Shown piece by piece: positions 11,956-22,994 of a stretch of 64,000 nucleotides of DNA; position 1 is the first letter of the stretch, and each line of letters opens with the position of its first letter. The translations under genes were made by a program, and so were the position numbers. This DNA is from Alphaproteobacteria bacterium (GTDB lineage: Bacteria > Pseudomonadota > Alphaproteobacteria > MPNO01 > UBA830): positions 928,001 to 992,000 of the forward strand of contig OZ219791.1 of assembly GCA_964291215.2 (NCBI GenBank), written 5' to 3'. Under the pieces are notes generated by a model. That model was not told where the DNA came from. It was given only the letters and a program-made list of their open reading frames with translations, and made no database searches.

Positions 11956-12762
11956 CTATTCCTCGAGCAGCGCAAGCGCCCGCACCGGGCTTCCGGACCC
12001 CTGCCGGATCTTGAGCGGCGGCGTGATCAGGAGGGCGCCCCGAGGCGGTAGCTTGTCGAGGTTCGTAAGCGCCGGCAGCCCGAACCGCCCGCGCCCGTGC
12101 ATGTGATAGTGGCAGGGAAAGGGCACCGCGAAGTACTGCGCCTGGCCGGCATCCGTGCCTACAGCCTCGCAACCGAACCCGATGACGTCACGTTCGTCGA
12201 TCAGCCAGGGAACGAGGTCTTGGTGGGGCCCCGGCGTATGCGCACCCTCGTCGGACATGTTCAGATAGGTCACCGGATCACGCCGCAGCGACCAGTCCGT
12301 TCGCATCAGGAGCCAAGACCGTGGCGGTATCGCTCCGTGCTCGTCCTCCCACTCCATGACCCGCTCGACCGTCAGCAGGTAGTCGGGATCGGCCTCGGCC
12401 TCAGCCGAACAGTCGACGACGCAGGCATGGGCGAGGAACATCTCCGGCGGGATGGTGTCGGTGGCGTTGTCCGGAAGGTCCTTCCCCGAAATCCAGTGGA
12501 TCGGCGCGTCGAAATGCGTACCGGTATGTTCGCCGCAGGAAAAGTTATTCCAGTAGGTTGCGGGACCGCGATGATCATAGCGCGAGATCTCCTCCATCCG
12601 GAACGGCCAAGATTGCCCGAGCTCGGGCGGCAGGACGATGGTCGGAACCTGCTGGTCGAGGGTCATCGTGAGATCGATGACCCGGATGCTGCCGCCGGCG
12701 ATGCCGTCCAGCAGGCTCGCGAGAATGCCCGTGTCGTGTCCTGATTTGGTCGAAACTGCCAT
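11956..12762 (-). CDS. Cyclase-family metal hydrolase (kynurenine formamidase/isatin hydrolase-like)
   Basis: GEHTGTHFDAPIHW motif; GSGSPVRALA; ATG at 12762. Confidence 0.9.
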   Translation of the reverse strand: MAVSTKSGHDTGILASLLDGIAGGSIRVIDLTMTLDQQVPTIVLPPELGQSWPFRMEEISRYDHRGPATYWNNFSCGEHTGTHFDAPIHWISGKDLPDNATDTIPPEMFLAHACVVDCSAEAEADPDYLLTVERVMEWEDEHGAIPPRSWLLMRTDWSLRRDPVTYLNMSDEGAHTPGPHQDLVPWLIDERDVIGFGCEAVGTDAGQAQYFAVPFPCHYHMHGRGRFGLPALTNLDKLPPRGALLITPPLKIRQGSGSPVRALALLEE

Positions 12763-12791
12763 GGGATGCGCCCTGTCTTCCGCGCGCGGCG

Positions 12792-14033
12792 TCACAGCCG
12801 GATGGCGCGCTCTATTTCCTTGGGATTCTGCGCGAGGCGTTCGAGGATTTCCTCGGCAACCGCGCCAACGGGCACATCCTCGACGCCGTCCCGGAGCGTC
12901 TTGACGATGCGTCCGGCGATCGTCGATGGCGGCAACTTGGGCGGCGGCGCCAGTTGATACCATTCGTCCTCGATCGGGCCGACGAAAGCGTTGACCACTC
13001 GCACGCCGCCGTCGGCGAGCTCGGCGCGCAGGCACTGCGACACCGACAGCGCCGCCGCCTGGGAGGCGGAGTAGGTGCCGAGCGCCGGGTTGTTGACCAG
13101 AGCGTAGGCCGAGAGCACGTTGACCCATGCCGTCGCTCCGTAATTCCCGTCGGCGCCGCGCGACCGCATCACCGGCCCGAAATGCCCGGCAAGGCGCAGC
13201 AGGCCGTGATAGTGGACCTCCATCTCGTCATGCGCGGTGTTGATGTCGCACCGGTCGAGCACGCCGCCCATGCGCAGGTGGTAGCTGTTGTTGACGAGAA
13301 TCTCGACCTTGTCGCCGATCATCGCCGCCAGCTCCTCGACGCTGTCCGTGTCCGTCACGTCGAGCGGAAACACCGTCACCTGGTCGAGTTCCCTCAGCGC
13401 ATCGAGATGGGCGCTGGCGCGCCATGGCTGGGCGAACCCGGCGAATATGCCGCGCGCGCCGGCGGCAGCGAAGGCATGGGCGAGCTCAAGGCCGAGCTCT
13501 GTCTTGCCGTCGACGATCAGTACGCGCCGCCCCTTGGGATCGAAAGACATTTCGCGCAATTGCAGGTCATCCTCCTCGTTCGGCGCCGGATTCTCGGGCC
13601 GCGCGGTCACCACCGCGTCGCCGCCGCGGTCGAGCCCGAGCGCCAGCCGGACGCGCGCGCCGCGGACGCAGTCTTCGGCCAAGTGCGCGACGACCGACGG
13701 GCCGGCATCGGCAGCGACGACGCCGAGCCGCCACGGCAGCCGGTCGCGGAAGAACAGGTCGTTCGAGTGCCGAAGCGTGGTCTCGGCCAGCAGCGTTCCG
13801 CCGTCGGCCACGTCCCGCCACTCGAGATCGTCGCCAAGGCAGCGATGGCAGACCTGCCTCGGCGGGTATTGCACGGCCCCGCAGCTGCCGCATGTCTGCA
13901 GCGCGAACCTGCCGGCCGCCGCCATCGCCGCCAGCCCCTGACCCTCGCGCGAGCGGTTTCCCGGAGGGCGTGTCGGCAGGCGGGTGCGCCGGACCGGATC
14001 CTTCCGTTTCGGCGGCGGCAGCGGCGTCGTCAC
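12792..14033 (-). CDS. DUF35 (Zn-ribbon/OB-fold)-SDR oxidoreductase fusion
   Basis: CGSCGAVQYPPRQVCHRC N-terminal domain; C-terminal SDR-like PLDVTD, ILVNN, YSASQAA. Confidence 0.85.
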   Translation of the reverse strand: MTTPLPPPKRKDPVRRTRLPTRPPGNRSREGQGLAAMAAAGRFALQTCGSCGAVQYPPRQVCHRCLGDDLEWRDVADGGTLLAETTLRHSNDLFFRDRLPWRLGVVAADAGPSVVAHLAEDCVRGARVRLALGLDRGGDAVVTARPENPAPNEEDDLQLREMSFDPKGRRVLIVDGKTELGLELAHAFAAAGARGIFAGFAQPWRASAHLDALRELDQVTVFPLDVTDTDSVEELAAMIGDKVEILVNNSYHLRMGGVLDRCDINTAHDEMEVHYHGLLRLAGHFGPVMRSRGADGNYGATAWVNVLSAYALVNNPALGTYSASQAAALSVSQCLRAELADGGVRVVNAFVGPIEDEWYQLAPPPKLPPSTIAGRIVKTLRDGVEDVPVGAVAEEILERLAQNPKEIERAIRL

Positions 14034-15205
14034 GCAGTGCCCCGTTTCAGGATCGCGGCCGACGTGCAGAGGCCGCGGTCATAGTTGATCATCCCGAAAC
14101 ACGATACCAGCCCATGCCGTGCCTTTTCCACGGCTCTGCCGAGCGTCTGGCCAGTGAGCTGGCGCACGGTCTCGACGAGGCCGATGAAGCCTCCGCCCGC
14201 GCCTGCCTGCCCGGCCGAGAGCTGGCCGCCGCAGGTGTTGAGGGGAAAGTCGCCGTTGACGGTCAGATCCCGGAGACGCACGAATTCCGCGGCCTCGCCC
14301 TTGGCGCAGAAACCGAGATCCTCAATCTGCATGAAGCAGATCACCGGATAGTCGTCATAGACCTGCACAAGATCGACATCCTCCGGTCCGAGACCGGCAG
14401 CATCGTAGAATTCGCCGACATCCATCGCCCAGCCGCCGCGCACCTGTATGGGATCGTCGGGAAAGGCGTTGTGCCGTTCGATTGTCGAGAGAATGGTCGC
14501 GTGGGCGAGGCCGAGGGACCGGGCACGGTCGGTGGTCATGACCAGGCAGGCCTCGGCGCCTGCGCACGGCATGACGCAATCGAACAGCCGCAGGGGGTCG
14601 GCGATGACGCGGGCGTCGAGATACTGCTCCATCGTGAGCGGCCGTTTCATCATGGCGTGCGGCAGCGCAAGCGCGTTGCGGCGCTGGTCGATACAGAGCT
14701 TTCCGAAATCTCCCTGTGTCGCGCCGAACTCTCGCATGTAGTGGTCGGTGAGGAACGCGAAGCTGGAATTGGGTCCGCCCGAGCCGTAGGGATAGACAGC
14801 GTCATTCGCGAACTGGCTGAAGGTTGCGATGGTACGCCGGAAGGTATCGACGTGGTTGGTATCGGCGCCAATACAGGCAACGATCTCGGCATCGCCCGAC
14901 TGCACGGCCCGCGCGGCGCGGCGCAGCGCAACGACGCCGCTGGCGCCGCCCATCGGAATGTGGTCAAGCCAGCGTGGCGATGCGCCGACATGCTGCATCA
15001 GCCCGACGGCCGTGTCCGGTGCAAGCGTGAAGCTGGAGATGCAGAAACCGTCGACATCCGACTTGTCGAGGCCGGACTGCGCGAGAAGCGCGGCGAGCGC
15101 GCGCCCGCAAAACCAGTGGCCGCTCCGGATGGAATAGCGGGTATAGGGAACGGTGGCCGGAGCACAGACGGCGATGCCCTCGTAGCTCGCGCGCCGCGAT
15201 GCCAA
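14030..15205 (-). CDS. SCP2/Ltp2-type thiolase-superfamily protein
   Basis: PLRLFDCVMPCAGA, VQVYDDYP, LNTCGGQLSAGQ; overlaps the DUF35 gene. Confidence 0.88.
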   Translation of the reverse strand: MASRRASYEGIAVCAPATVPYTRYSIRSGHWFCGRALAALLAQSGLDKSDVDGFCISSFTLAPDTAVGLMQHVGASPRWLDHIPMGGASGVVALRRAARAVQSGDAEIVACIGADTNHVDTFRRTIATFSQFANDAVYPYGSGGPNSSFAFLTDHYMREFGATQGDFGKLCIDQRRNALALPHAMMKRPLTMEQYLDARVIADPLRLFDCVMPCAGAEACLVMTTDRARSLGLAHATILSTIERHNAFPDDPIQVRGGWAMDVGEFYDAAGLGPEDVDLVQVYDDYPVICFMQIEDLGFCAKGEAAEFVRLRDLTVNGDFPLNTCGGQLSAGQAGAGGGFIGLVETVRQLTGQTLGRAVEKARHGLVSCFGMINYDRGLCTSAAILKRGTA

Positions 15206-15207
15206 GC

Positions 15208-15990
15208 CTAGAGGCCCTTCGGATTGGTCATGAACTCTTCGATCACCTCGGGTGGCGGCTGCGCGAAATCCGATGTCCGGCTGACATTCAGTCCGGTGAG
15301 GCGGCGAAGCTTGACGGCCATCTCGGTCATCTTGACGAGAATCGGGATGCCGTTGATGATCGGGGCGCCGTCGATGTTGTGGTTGTGAACCCTCGAGAAC
15401 AGCAGCATCGGAATGCCGCCCCCCGTGATCAGGACGTCGACCCCGCGCTCGACAAGCGGCCTCCCCTGTTCCTCGAACAGCGCGACCACCTCCTCAAGCC
15501 CCCCTTCCCTGTCGAAGGCGGCCAGGATCTGGCCGGGCTCGAACGTCATCGCATGCACGCCCGTGACCCGTTCCCTGAGTCCGTACTTGCCGATCTGGTG
15601 GTGGAACCACGAAATGTAGCGTGGGTTGATGGTCACGATTCCGATCTGGTGCCCGAGCTGACAGGCATAGAGCATCGAGGCCTCACCGAGGCTGAGGACC
15701 GGAATGTCGACCGTGGCGCGGGCTTCATAGAGCCCCGGATCCTGGAAATGCCCCATGGCGAAGGCATCGTAGCCTTCGCGTTCGGCGGTCACGGCGTTGC
15801 AGATCATCTCGCGGGCGCAGCGAAATTCCGAAAGCGCGTGAGCATAGGAATCGTGCGGCGTTATGCCCTTGATGTCGACGCTCGTTCCGGGATCGACGAT
15901 CTTGTCGAGGTGGGCCTGCAGGTGCTTCCAGTAGGTTCCTGCATGTTCCGCGTCGATGAAGCTCTGATAGGCGATGCGGATCGGTTCCAT
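15208..15990 (-). CDS. Asp/Glu/hydantoin racemase-family protein
   Basis: AEREGYDAFAMGHFQDPGLYEAR..DIPVLSLGEASM; ATG at 15990. Confidence 0.85.
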   Translation of the reverse strand: MEPIRIAYQSFIDAEHAGTYWKHLQAHLDKIVDPGTSVDIKGITPHDSYAHALSEFRCAREMICNAVTAEREGYDAFAMGHFQDPGLYEARATVDIPVLSLGEASMLYACQLGHQIGIVTINPRYISWFHHQIGKYGLRERVTGVHAMTFEPGQILAAFDREGGLEEVVALFEEQGRPLVERGVDVLITGGGIPMLLFSRVHNHNIDGAPIINGIPILVKMTEMAVKLRRLTGLNVSRTSDFAQPPPEVIEEFMTNPKGL

Positions 15991-16479
15991 GTCATTTTCT
16001 CGCGATGTTGAGGCAGCCGGGCCGCGGCGGCGGAGGCTTGTAGGTGCGGCCCGGCCGGTCGTGCAAAGTCCTGCGGGCCCGCCGACCGGACGCTGCCGCC
16101 GACTGTACGCAAACGCGCTGTCGCTGGCAACAAACGCCTCGCGACGCGCCAAGACTTCCCACGCTGTGGTTGATGTTCTGAATGGCCGCTGAACGGGGCA
16201 CAAATTTACACATTCTTGTCAGGTTTTCCGGCTGCGGCGACTCGTGGACAGCCCTGCGGCCAGAAAGCCTGGCAGGGTTGGTAAGCGTTCGTTTATGTGG
16301 TGAGGTGTTGTTGTTTTCGTCCGTTTGACGGGCTTTTGTCAGGGAGTTCCAGCGTCACCCGGAGCGGTTTCGTGCACCGGGATGCGCGGTGAGGGGCACT
16401 GGCGTCATGCCGTGTTTGCCGCATTGGTTGCGGTTTTGTCCCGGCGCTGCGGAGGAGGAGCTGAGCGCCATCCTGTGCT

Positions 16480-16900
16480 GGTTGCAGGGGTCTGAGGGTC
16501 CGCTCCTTGCGGAGAGGGCCAGATGTCCTTCTTCGGCTTCTGTCATGTCGGTCGTGGCGGCCGCTGGTTGTTCCGACGCGGATCCGGCAGACGCCGCGGC
16601 GCGGGACCTCGACCAAGGTTTGGCAGGGCACGGGCGGGGTGTTGCAGCGCGCGGTCCATGCGGCGGTCGAGAAGCAGCGGCTCGCCGCATGGTAGCGCAT
16701 CTGCGGCGCTGCCAGGCGCGTGTATCCGAGGTCGTGTCAGCGGGCGGAGCTCGTCGAGGGTCTTCGGGGCGGCGGCTCGGTGTCCGACGTGATCAGCTTT
16801 GGGGCCAGCGGGGCTGGCGGCGGTAGAAGGCGCGGGCGATGGGGTTCGCTCCGTGATCGTCGCAGCAGCCGCATCTCCGCGACCATGAAGTCGCGCCCTC
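16480..16900 (-). pseudogene. DUF4338-like passenger gene remnant inside the IS66 element
   Basis: Fragments GRDFMVAEM, QMRYH, PVPCQTLVEVP..IRVGTTSGRHDRH and KPKKDIW resemble the DUF4338 segments at 8470-8700. Confidence 0.5.
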
Positions 16901-19705
16901 GACCTCACGGCGGCGCTGCGAATCTCCGCCGCCTCTCCGGGCTCACGGCAACCAGGGCGACAGATCGCCGGGCCGCCGTTCTCCGCGCAGGCGCCAGCGC
17001 AGAACGTCGAGGCCGCTCCTCGCGACCGTGCCGTGTACATGACAGCCGTCCATGCTGTCGGAACCGAAGCCGGGCTTCCGCCCGGGCCCCTGACAGCCCT
17101 TTCCCCGAAATTGTTGTCCATGGTCGACGAACACGCGATGGTTGAGCGCAGCGGCCTGCCTTCCGGCGCCGCTTTCGGAAGCCTCGGCGCTTCCGCAAAC
17201 AGCGACCGCAGTCTCCGGCGCCGCCTGCGCGGTCTCGAACGCCGCCGGAAGCAAGGCAGTCGAGCCGTGTTCAGGCAGCAGATCTCCGCGATCGACCCGT
17301 TCGTCCGCCCACCCCTCCTGCTGCGGTCGGCGCAGTCCGGAAAGTCGCGCCGACAATGCGCCCGGCAACAGCACAGGATGATGAAGGGCCACAGGCGCGC
17401 CAGCTTCTTGCAGGCGCCGTAGCGGTCGCAGACATGGGGGCGTCCGCGAACAGCTTCGCCGCGACCTCGGCGCTGCGCGAGGGAAAGGACCGCGTCACGG
17501 CTGACCGATGTCTGGAGCCAGGCGCGACTTCCGGACCTCCCTCGGGGCCTGGATGCATCGGCATGGCGCAGACCCTAGTGCGCGGGGATCGCGTCCCGAA
17601 GCGGCTCAAACAGGGGCAGCATCCGGCTCGCTGGCCAGCGTTCTTGGTCGGGCGACGCGGCGCAAGGGCCGCATGCACGCGCTCGTGCAGCACATGCGTC
17701 CACATCCGAATGCGGTGCCGGGAAACAGCCGCGCCGCCACCTCACTCGGCGAACCGGGGCAGTCACAGCCCCGGCGGACAATCCGCCGCTTTTGATCTCG
17801 ATGATCCTGGTGCGAACCGTTGGCAACGCAGCACGAGCAGGCGTCCTCCGCCACCTCCAGCCGCTCCTCCACCTCCTCGAGCGCCGGCCGCGGCCAGGAG
17901 TGCCGCACTGCTGGCCGCGCTTCGATGACGCCCGCTGCCTCTTCTCGCTCTTGCGCCCGTACGACCTGTTCGAACGAAGCTTGTCGTTCTCCGCCTCGAG
18001 CGCCTCGACCCTTCAGAACCTTCATCGCGGTCTTCAGGCTGGCATTCTCCATGCGCAGCGATACCACCGTCGACCGCTTCCGCGCGCCGGCCTCGGCAAG
18101 AAGCTGGCCCAGACGTGCAACCTCCTGCTTCAGCGCAAGAGACTGCTTCGCCGTCCGCCGAACTTCCCTGACCTCCGCACGGGCAGCTGACAGCTTCTCG
18201 CGATTGCTCTTGAAAATCGCCTTCACCCAAGTTGGCACTTTTTGCGTCAGTTGAAGGGGAAATTTATGCAGCAGCCCCGCTCCATATACTATATACTGGT
18301 GTTTTTTTATATATCCACTATATTTGCGATTTTCTGTCCGGAATGGTCGGTGTGGTGCCGGGATATTGCCAATTCGCTCGACCCCGCCGCCAAACCCGGT
18401 ATATCCGGAGCCTCGTCAACACAAAAGGCTCCAGACAACATGTTCATCAGGGCAACCAAAACCCACAGCACCGCAGACGGCAAACCCGTCCACCGGCTCG
18501 TGCTTTCTCAACGCATCGGCGACAAGGTCAGACAGCGCACTCTGCCTCGGCACCGACTATCCGGTGGCGCGCAAGAACCGGAAGGAGGTTGCCGCCGAAG
18601 CGCTGGCCACCCGCCGCTGTTCGAAGCCGCGTGCAGGCCGCAGGACATCGTCAACAGGGGCCCGGAGGTTCCGCGCCGACGCCCTGGAGGAAGACGCACG
18701 CAAATTGCGACCGTCAACCTCGACAGCCTCGAGCACGAGAGCCCGCGCTCGGTCGGCTGGCCTGTGCCTCGAGGCGCGATCTCGGCTTCACGACCTCGGC
18801 TTCACGGGCCGCGAGTGCGCTGATCGTCGCCAGGATGATCCGCCAGCGAGCGCTGGCTGCGCGATGACAGCGTGACCGCGGAGCTTCGATCTGGAGGGCA
18901 AGGCGCGCAAGACGCTGTACCGCATCGGCGACCTGCGTCACCGGACCGCCATCCGGAAAGAACTGTTCAACCACGAGCGCGCGCTGCATCCCCGACACCA
19001 TCGCCTTTTACGACCTGTTCACGGCCGCGCCGACGGCAAGCTGCCCCGCTTCGGGCGCTCGAAGCGCAATGATTGCCCCACGCTTGCGCGGCGCGGGCTT
19101 TCGGCGCAGTTGCGAGGTCTTGCGGGGCAACGTGAGCGAACCCGGTACGCTGGAGGACGCGCTGTCGAGGCTGGAGGCGGCCCGGCGGCGAAGCCGACGG
19201 CAGTCATGGACGCCGGCACCGAGGCGAACATCGCGTGGCGAGCACGGCTGGATCGCGGGCGGCGCCGCCCGAGGGTGGGCCCGAGGCTGATCACCAACCA
19301 CGAAGTGCAGGCGCCTTGCCAGCGAGGATGGCGCGGCGTGGTCAGCGAGAGCAGGAAGAGGGCGAGGACGCCATTCTTGGCCGCAGGGCTTCGAGGCGGC
19401 AAAGCTCCACCTCCAAGGGCCGGCGCTACGACAAGGTGCTGGAGAGCGGTCTCGAGCAGCGCTTCTCCACCGTCGCCCGGCACTACGAGATCACCGTCGA
19501 GAAGGCCGGCGCCAACGCAACGGCCGTGCGCTTCAGCCACAGACGACAAGACAACGCGGGCGCCTGCACACCAGCGACCGGGATATCGAGACCGTCCTTA
19601 TATGACTAGGTTTTGTCCCCTTGATGATGAAATCATCCACAGCAGTTGGGGGCGGGAAAATGTGGATAACCTCGACTATGGGAGAGCTATGGTTGCAAAG
19701 AGATT

Positions 19706-19739
19706 CCGCTCCCCTGTGTGAGAACGTACAGGGGAGCGG
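19706..19739. terminator. GC-rich hairpin (12-bp stem)
   Basis: CCGCTCCCCTGT-10 nt-ACAGGGGAGCGG. Confidence 0.35.
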
Positions 19740-19840
19740 GGATCAAACGATCTCCGCGGAGGCTGCCGTTCCGTCCTTGGCTTTATAGAGCTCGTTCCCG
19801 AGCGTGGCAACCTCCTTTGGCGTCCCTTGCGTCCTGAATG

Positions 19841-20797
19841 GATGCTTGGGTTTGAACCGTATCATCATAAGGCGAGGAACGATGGTCAAGGTAGTAGCAG
19901 GGGTCAGCCAGTCTGGACATCTGGGGCGTCGTTTTACGAACGATGCCACGGGCACGTGGCTTCGCAGCCTCGAGGTAACCCGTGTGGTGGGCGACAGGCC
20001 GCTATCACCGCAAGGTTCACCAGTGTCTTCATGACCGGGGCTTCGAGGTTGTCCTGCCCGTTGAGGGCTTCGCCGAGGCTTTGGGCCATCTGGCCAACCG
20101 CGTTGACGCGCTGGCCAAGATCGGCACGGTGCTCGGCGATCTCGAGCCTGTGGCTCCTCAGGAAGCCTTCCTCAACTGCCTGGGGGATCTCCTAGTATCG
20201 CGCGCCGCGCTTGTCGACGTGCGGACCAAGTTGAGGCAAGTGGCAGATGAGGTGGATGGCGAAGGCGAGACCGTCACAAGGGCTTCGGCGGCCGATCTCG
20301 ATGACCGCATTGCCGGTGCGGCGATCAAAGCGGTGATCGCCGGTGATCCCGAGCAGAGGTACCCTGACCTCGATCCCCGGTCCAGTGACCGCCGCAGCCC
20401 TTCTTTGTTGGATGCCCGAACTCGGCAGTCTCGACCGTCGTCAGGCGGCAGCCTTGATCGGGGTGGCGCCGATGGCCAACGACAGTGGCCACGGTGCTCG
20501 GCATATCCGAGGCGGGCGCCGGAGGCCACGTGATCTCCTGTTCATGGCCGCGACCTCGGCAGCACGCTTCAACGCGGATCTGGTGCGCCACAAGACCGCC
20601 GGCAAGGCCCACAAAGTCGCCATTGTCGCCGTGATGCGCAAGCTCTGGCGAACACCTTGCTGCGACAGCAGCGTTGCTGGTCGACCGAAGCACCGGTAAG
20701 TGAGCAAAGGAGACACCCTCATGGCCCTCACCCCTGCCGAGAGCGCGATCGGGACTGTATCGACAGTCTCCCTACACGACACGACTTGGGGAGAATG
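19841..20797 (+). mobile_element. IS110-family element (degenerate, both ends visible)
   Basis: ATG 19882 MVKVVAGV; ATGRYHRKVH; LDRRQAAALIGVAPMANDSG; flanked by direct GAATG (19836-19840, 20793-20797). Confidence 0.8.
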
Positions 20798-21940
20798 TCT
20801 GCAGATCATCGTCGAGGCCGACATCGAGGAGATCGAACCGCCTTGGGACACCTGGAACCCGGACGGTCACGTGCCCGGGGGCGGCAAGGTAGCCGCGTTC
20901 ACGTGACCAATGGACGGCAACCCGCCGCCGGGACCACAAGCTTCATGTCGCCTCGCTCGCAGGGCAAATCCCACACCGCTTGTGGACAACCACAGAAAAC
21001 ATCACCGCAGACACCCGCAAAAACCTTGCCAGGAAACATGGATGCTCGGGACACGGATATCGAGGCCACCTTCCGTTCATTGAAATCCGAGCCCGGATTG
21101 CGCCCGGCCAGCGCATCGCCGCCCACCTGTTGATCGCCGTGCTCGCCGCGGTGCATCTGATCCCCGCGCGGGGCATCGACAAGTGCCGGACATCAATCCG
21201 CGAGAGCATGCGGAACCAGGGTCACCACGCGCCTGCGCGCATTGATCGTCAACCGACAGGACACGCACCGCCGAGGTTGCCGAAATCTCCTCGGCGGCTG
21301 GTGTCGAACCCGCCGCACGAAGAGCCGCCTCACAAGCTGACAGAATTCAACAGGATGTAGTGCCATGTTGAAATCGGCCGACAAAAAAATCGCGCAACGC
21401 GATAAAAATTCCAGGCCGCAAAAAGTACCAACTTGGATTCAGGGAATTCGCGCGGCTGCGCCCCTCCACCTCCTGCAAGCGCAGCTCCTCACAGCGACCC
21501 TCCGCAGCCTCGGCTCGAATACGCTCGCGATCGTACAGGGACTTCCGGGCGGCCGAATCACGACACGACGACTGCGGCACGTCGCCAGCGGCGTCCGCAC
21601 CCGATGATGACACGAAATCCTCGATGCACATGACCATGTACGACCTGATAGTACCGCCAAAAAATTTACCGGCCCCCTTTTCCTCCGAATCACCAAAATA
21701 AACCTCAGCGCAGATCGTCATCACCGCACGAACGAACGCTTATCAGGGTTGGGCCTGTGCAACCTCCGTTCATCACCAGTCGGCAAGATTGAACGCAGCG
21801 TGGGAAAGTCCTGCTGACGAAGGCGTTCCATGTTCCTGCATGGACCTATCCTGTATAGTCGGCCCTTCGTGATGGAGGGATCCTGCACCGAGACGCGGGA
21901 CTGTCTCCGGAATATCCGTGTCAAACAAGGGAGTTGCATA

Positions 21941-22924
21941 ATGTGGAAAAAATCGGGAGCGGTTGTCGGCATCGGCGCGCTCGCCGCGGCCTTGGCGTCA
22001 GTCCCTGTGGCCGCGAAGGAGGTGACAATCAGCAGCGCAAGCTGTTTTCCGATCGGCAGCCCGCCCTCCAGGGTCTACGAGAAGCTGGTCAAGGAGCTGA
22101 ACGAGCGCGGCAAGGGCGTTCTCAAGGTCAACATGAAAGGTGGCGCGCCGGCGATCGGCAGCCCCTTCACGCTGACGCAGAAGATGGCTCGCGGCGCCTA
22201 CGACATGGCCGGCTGCACTGAAGCTTATTTCGGGAACGTGCTCCCCGAGGCGCCGGTTTTCCGGTTCTCCGAGTACACCTACGCCGAGCTGCGCAAGAAT
22301 GGCGGCCTTGCCTATGCGACCAAGCTGCTGGCGGAAAAGAACATTCACTATGTCGCCCGCCATGACGACAACGGTCCGTTCCACCTGTGGATGAACAAGA
22401 AGGTCACCAAGCCCGATCTCACCGGCCTCCACATCCGCGTCTCTCCGGTCTACACGGCCTTCGTCAAGGCTCTTGGTGGTACGACGCAGACCTCGAATAT
22501 CGCGCAGGTCTACACCTACATGGAGAACGGGACGGTTCAGGGCTTCGGCTGGCCGTCGCTCGGCTGGGTGCCGACATGGGCCGAGGTCACGAAGTACCGG
22601 CTCGATCCCGGCTTCTATAGTTCGTCACTGCACACGCTGGTGAACCTCAAGAAGTGGAAGACGCTTCCGAAGGCGGCCCAGGACCTGATCACCAAGGTCG
22701 GCCTCGAATACGAGGATAAGTCGGAGCCGCGTGGCACGGCATTCCAGGAGAGAATTAAGAAGATTTACGCCTGGTATGACGAGAAGGGGATCGAGGCCAT
22801 CGAGTTTAAGGGTGCCGATCGCGAAAAGTGGCTGAAGACGGCCTTCGATGCCGGCTGGAAGGAAGTTCTCGACCGCAGCCCCGAACATGGGGCGAAGCTG
22901 AAGAAGCTCTTCACCAGGCCGTAG
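21941..22924 (+). CDS. dctP: TRAP transporter substrate-binding protein
   Basis: Signal peptide; DLTGLHIRVSP; upstream of small and large TRAP permeases. Confidence 0.88.
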   Translation: MWKKSGAVVGIGALAAALASVPVAAKEVTISSASCFPIGSPPSRVYEKLVKELNERGKGVLKVNMKGGAPAIGSPFTLTQKMARGAYDMAGCTEAYFGNVLPEAPVFRFSEYTYAELRKNGGLAYATKLLAEKNIHYVARHDDNGPFHLWMNKKVTKPDLTGLHIRVSPVYTAFVKALGGTTQTSNIAQVYTYMENGTVQGFGWPSLGWVPTWAEVTKYRLDPGFYSSSLHTLVNLKKWKTLPKAAQDLITKVGLEYEDKSEPRGTAFQERIKKIYAWYDEKGIEAIEFKGADREKWLKTAFDAGWKEVLDRSPEHGAKLKKLFTRP

Positions 22925-22943
22925 GCGCGGCATCCTGTAATCG

Positions 22944-22974
22944 GGGAAGCGGCACCGGCCCGGTGCCGCTTCCC
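22944..22974 (+). terminator. Intergenic hairpin after dctP (terminator or mRNA stabiliser)
   Basis: GGGAAGCGGCACCG-GCC-CGGTGCCGCTTCCC perfect 14-bp stem. Confidence 0.55.
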
Positions 22975-22994
22975 TTGTCCCCCGGGGCGAGGCA

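Larger units (their letters stand above)
18226..21437 (+). mobile_element. Second-type IS1634-family element (degenerate) inserted in the IS66 transposase
   Basis: IRs CCCAAGTTGGCACTTTTTGC / GCAAAAAGTACCAACTTGG; MFIRATKTH..SQRIGDKVRQRTL, VMDAG, DIEATFRSLKSEPGLRP; flanking TTCA repeat. Confidence 0.75.
16281..21743 (-). mobile_element. IS66-family element (degenerate) with terminal IRs and 8-bp TSD, containing nested elements
   Basis: IR GTAAGCGTTCGTTTATGTGGTGA (16281) matches TCACCGCACGAACGAACGCTTAT (21721-21743). TSD CAGGGTTG at 16273-16280 and 21744-21751. Transposase remnants (MDNNFGERAVRGP; coiled-coil N-terminus split at 18225/21438). Confidence 0.85.
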
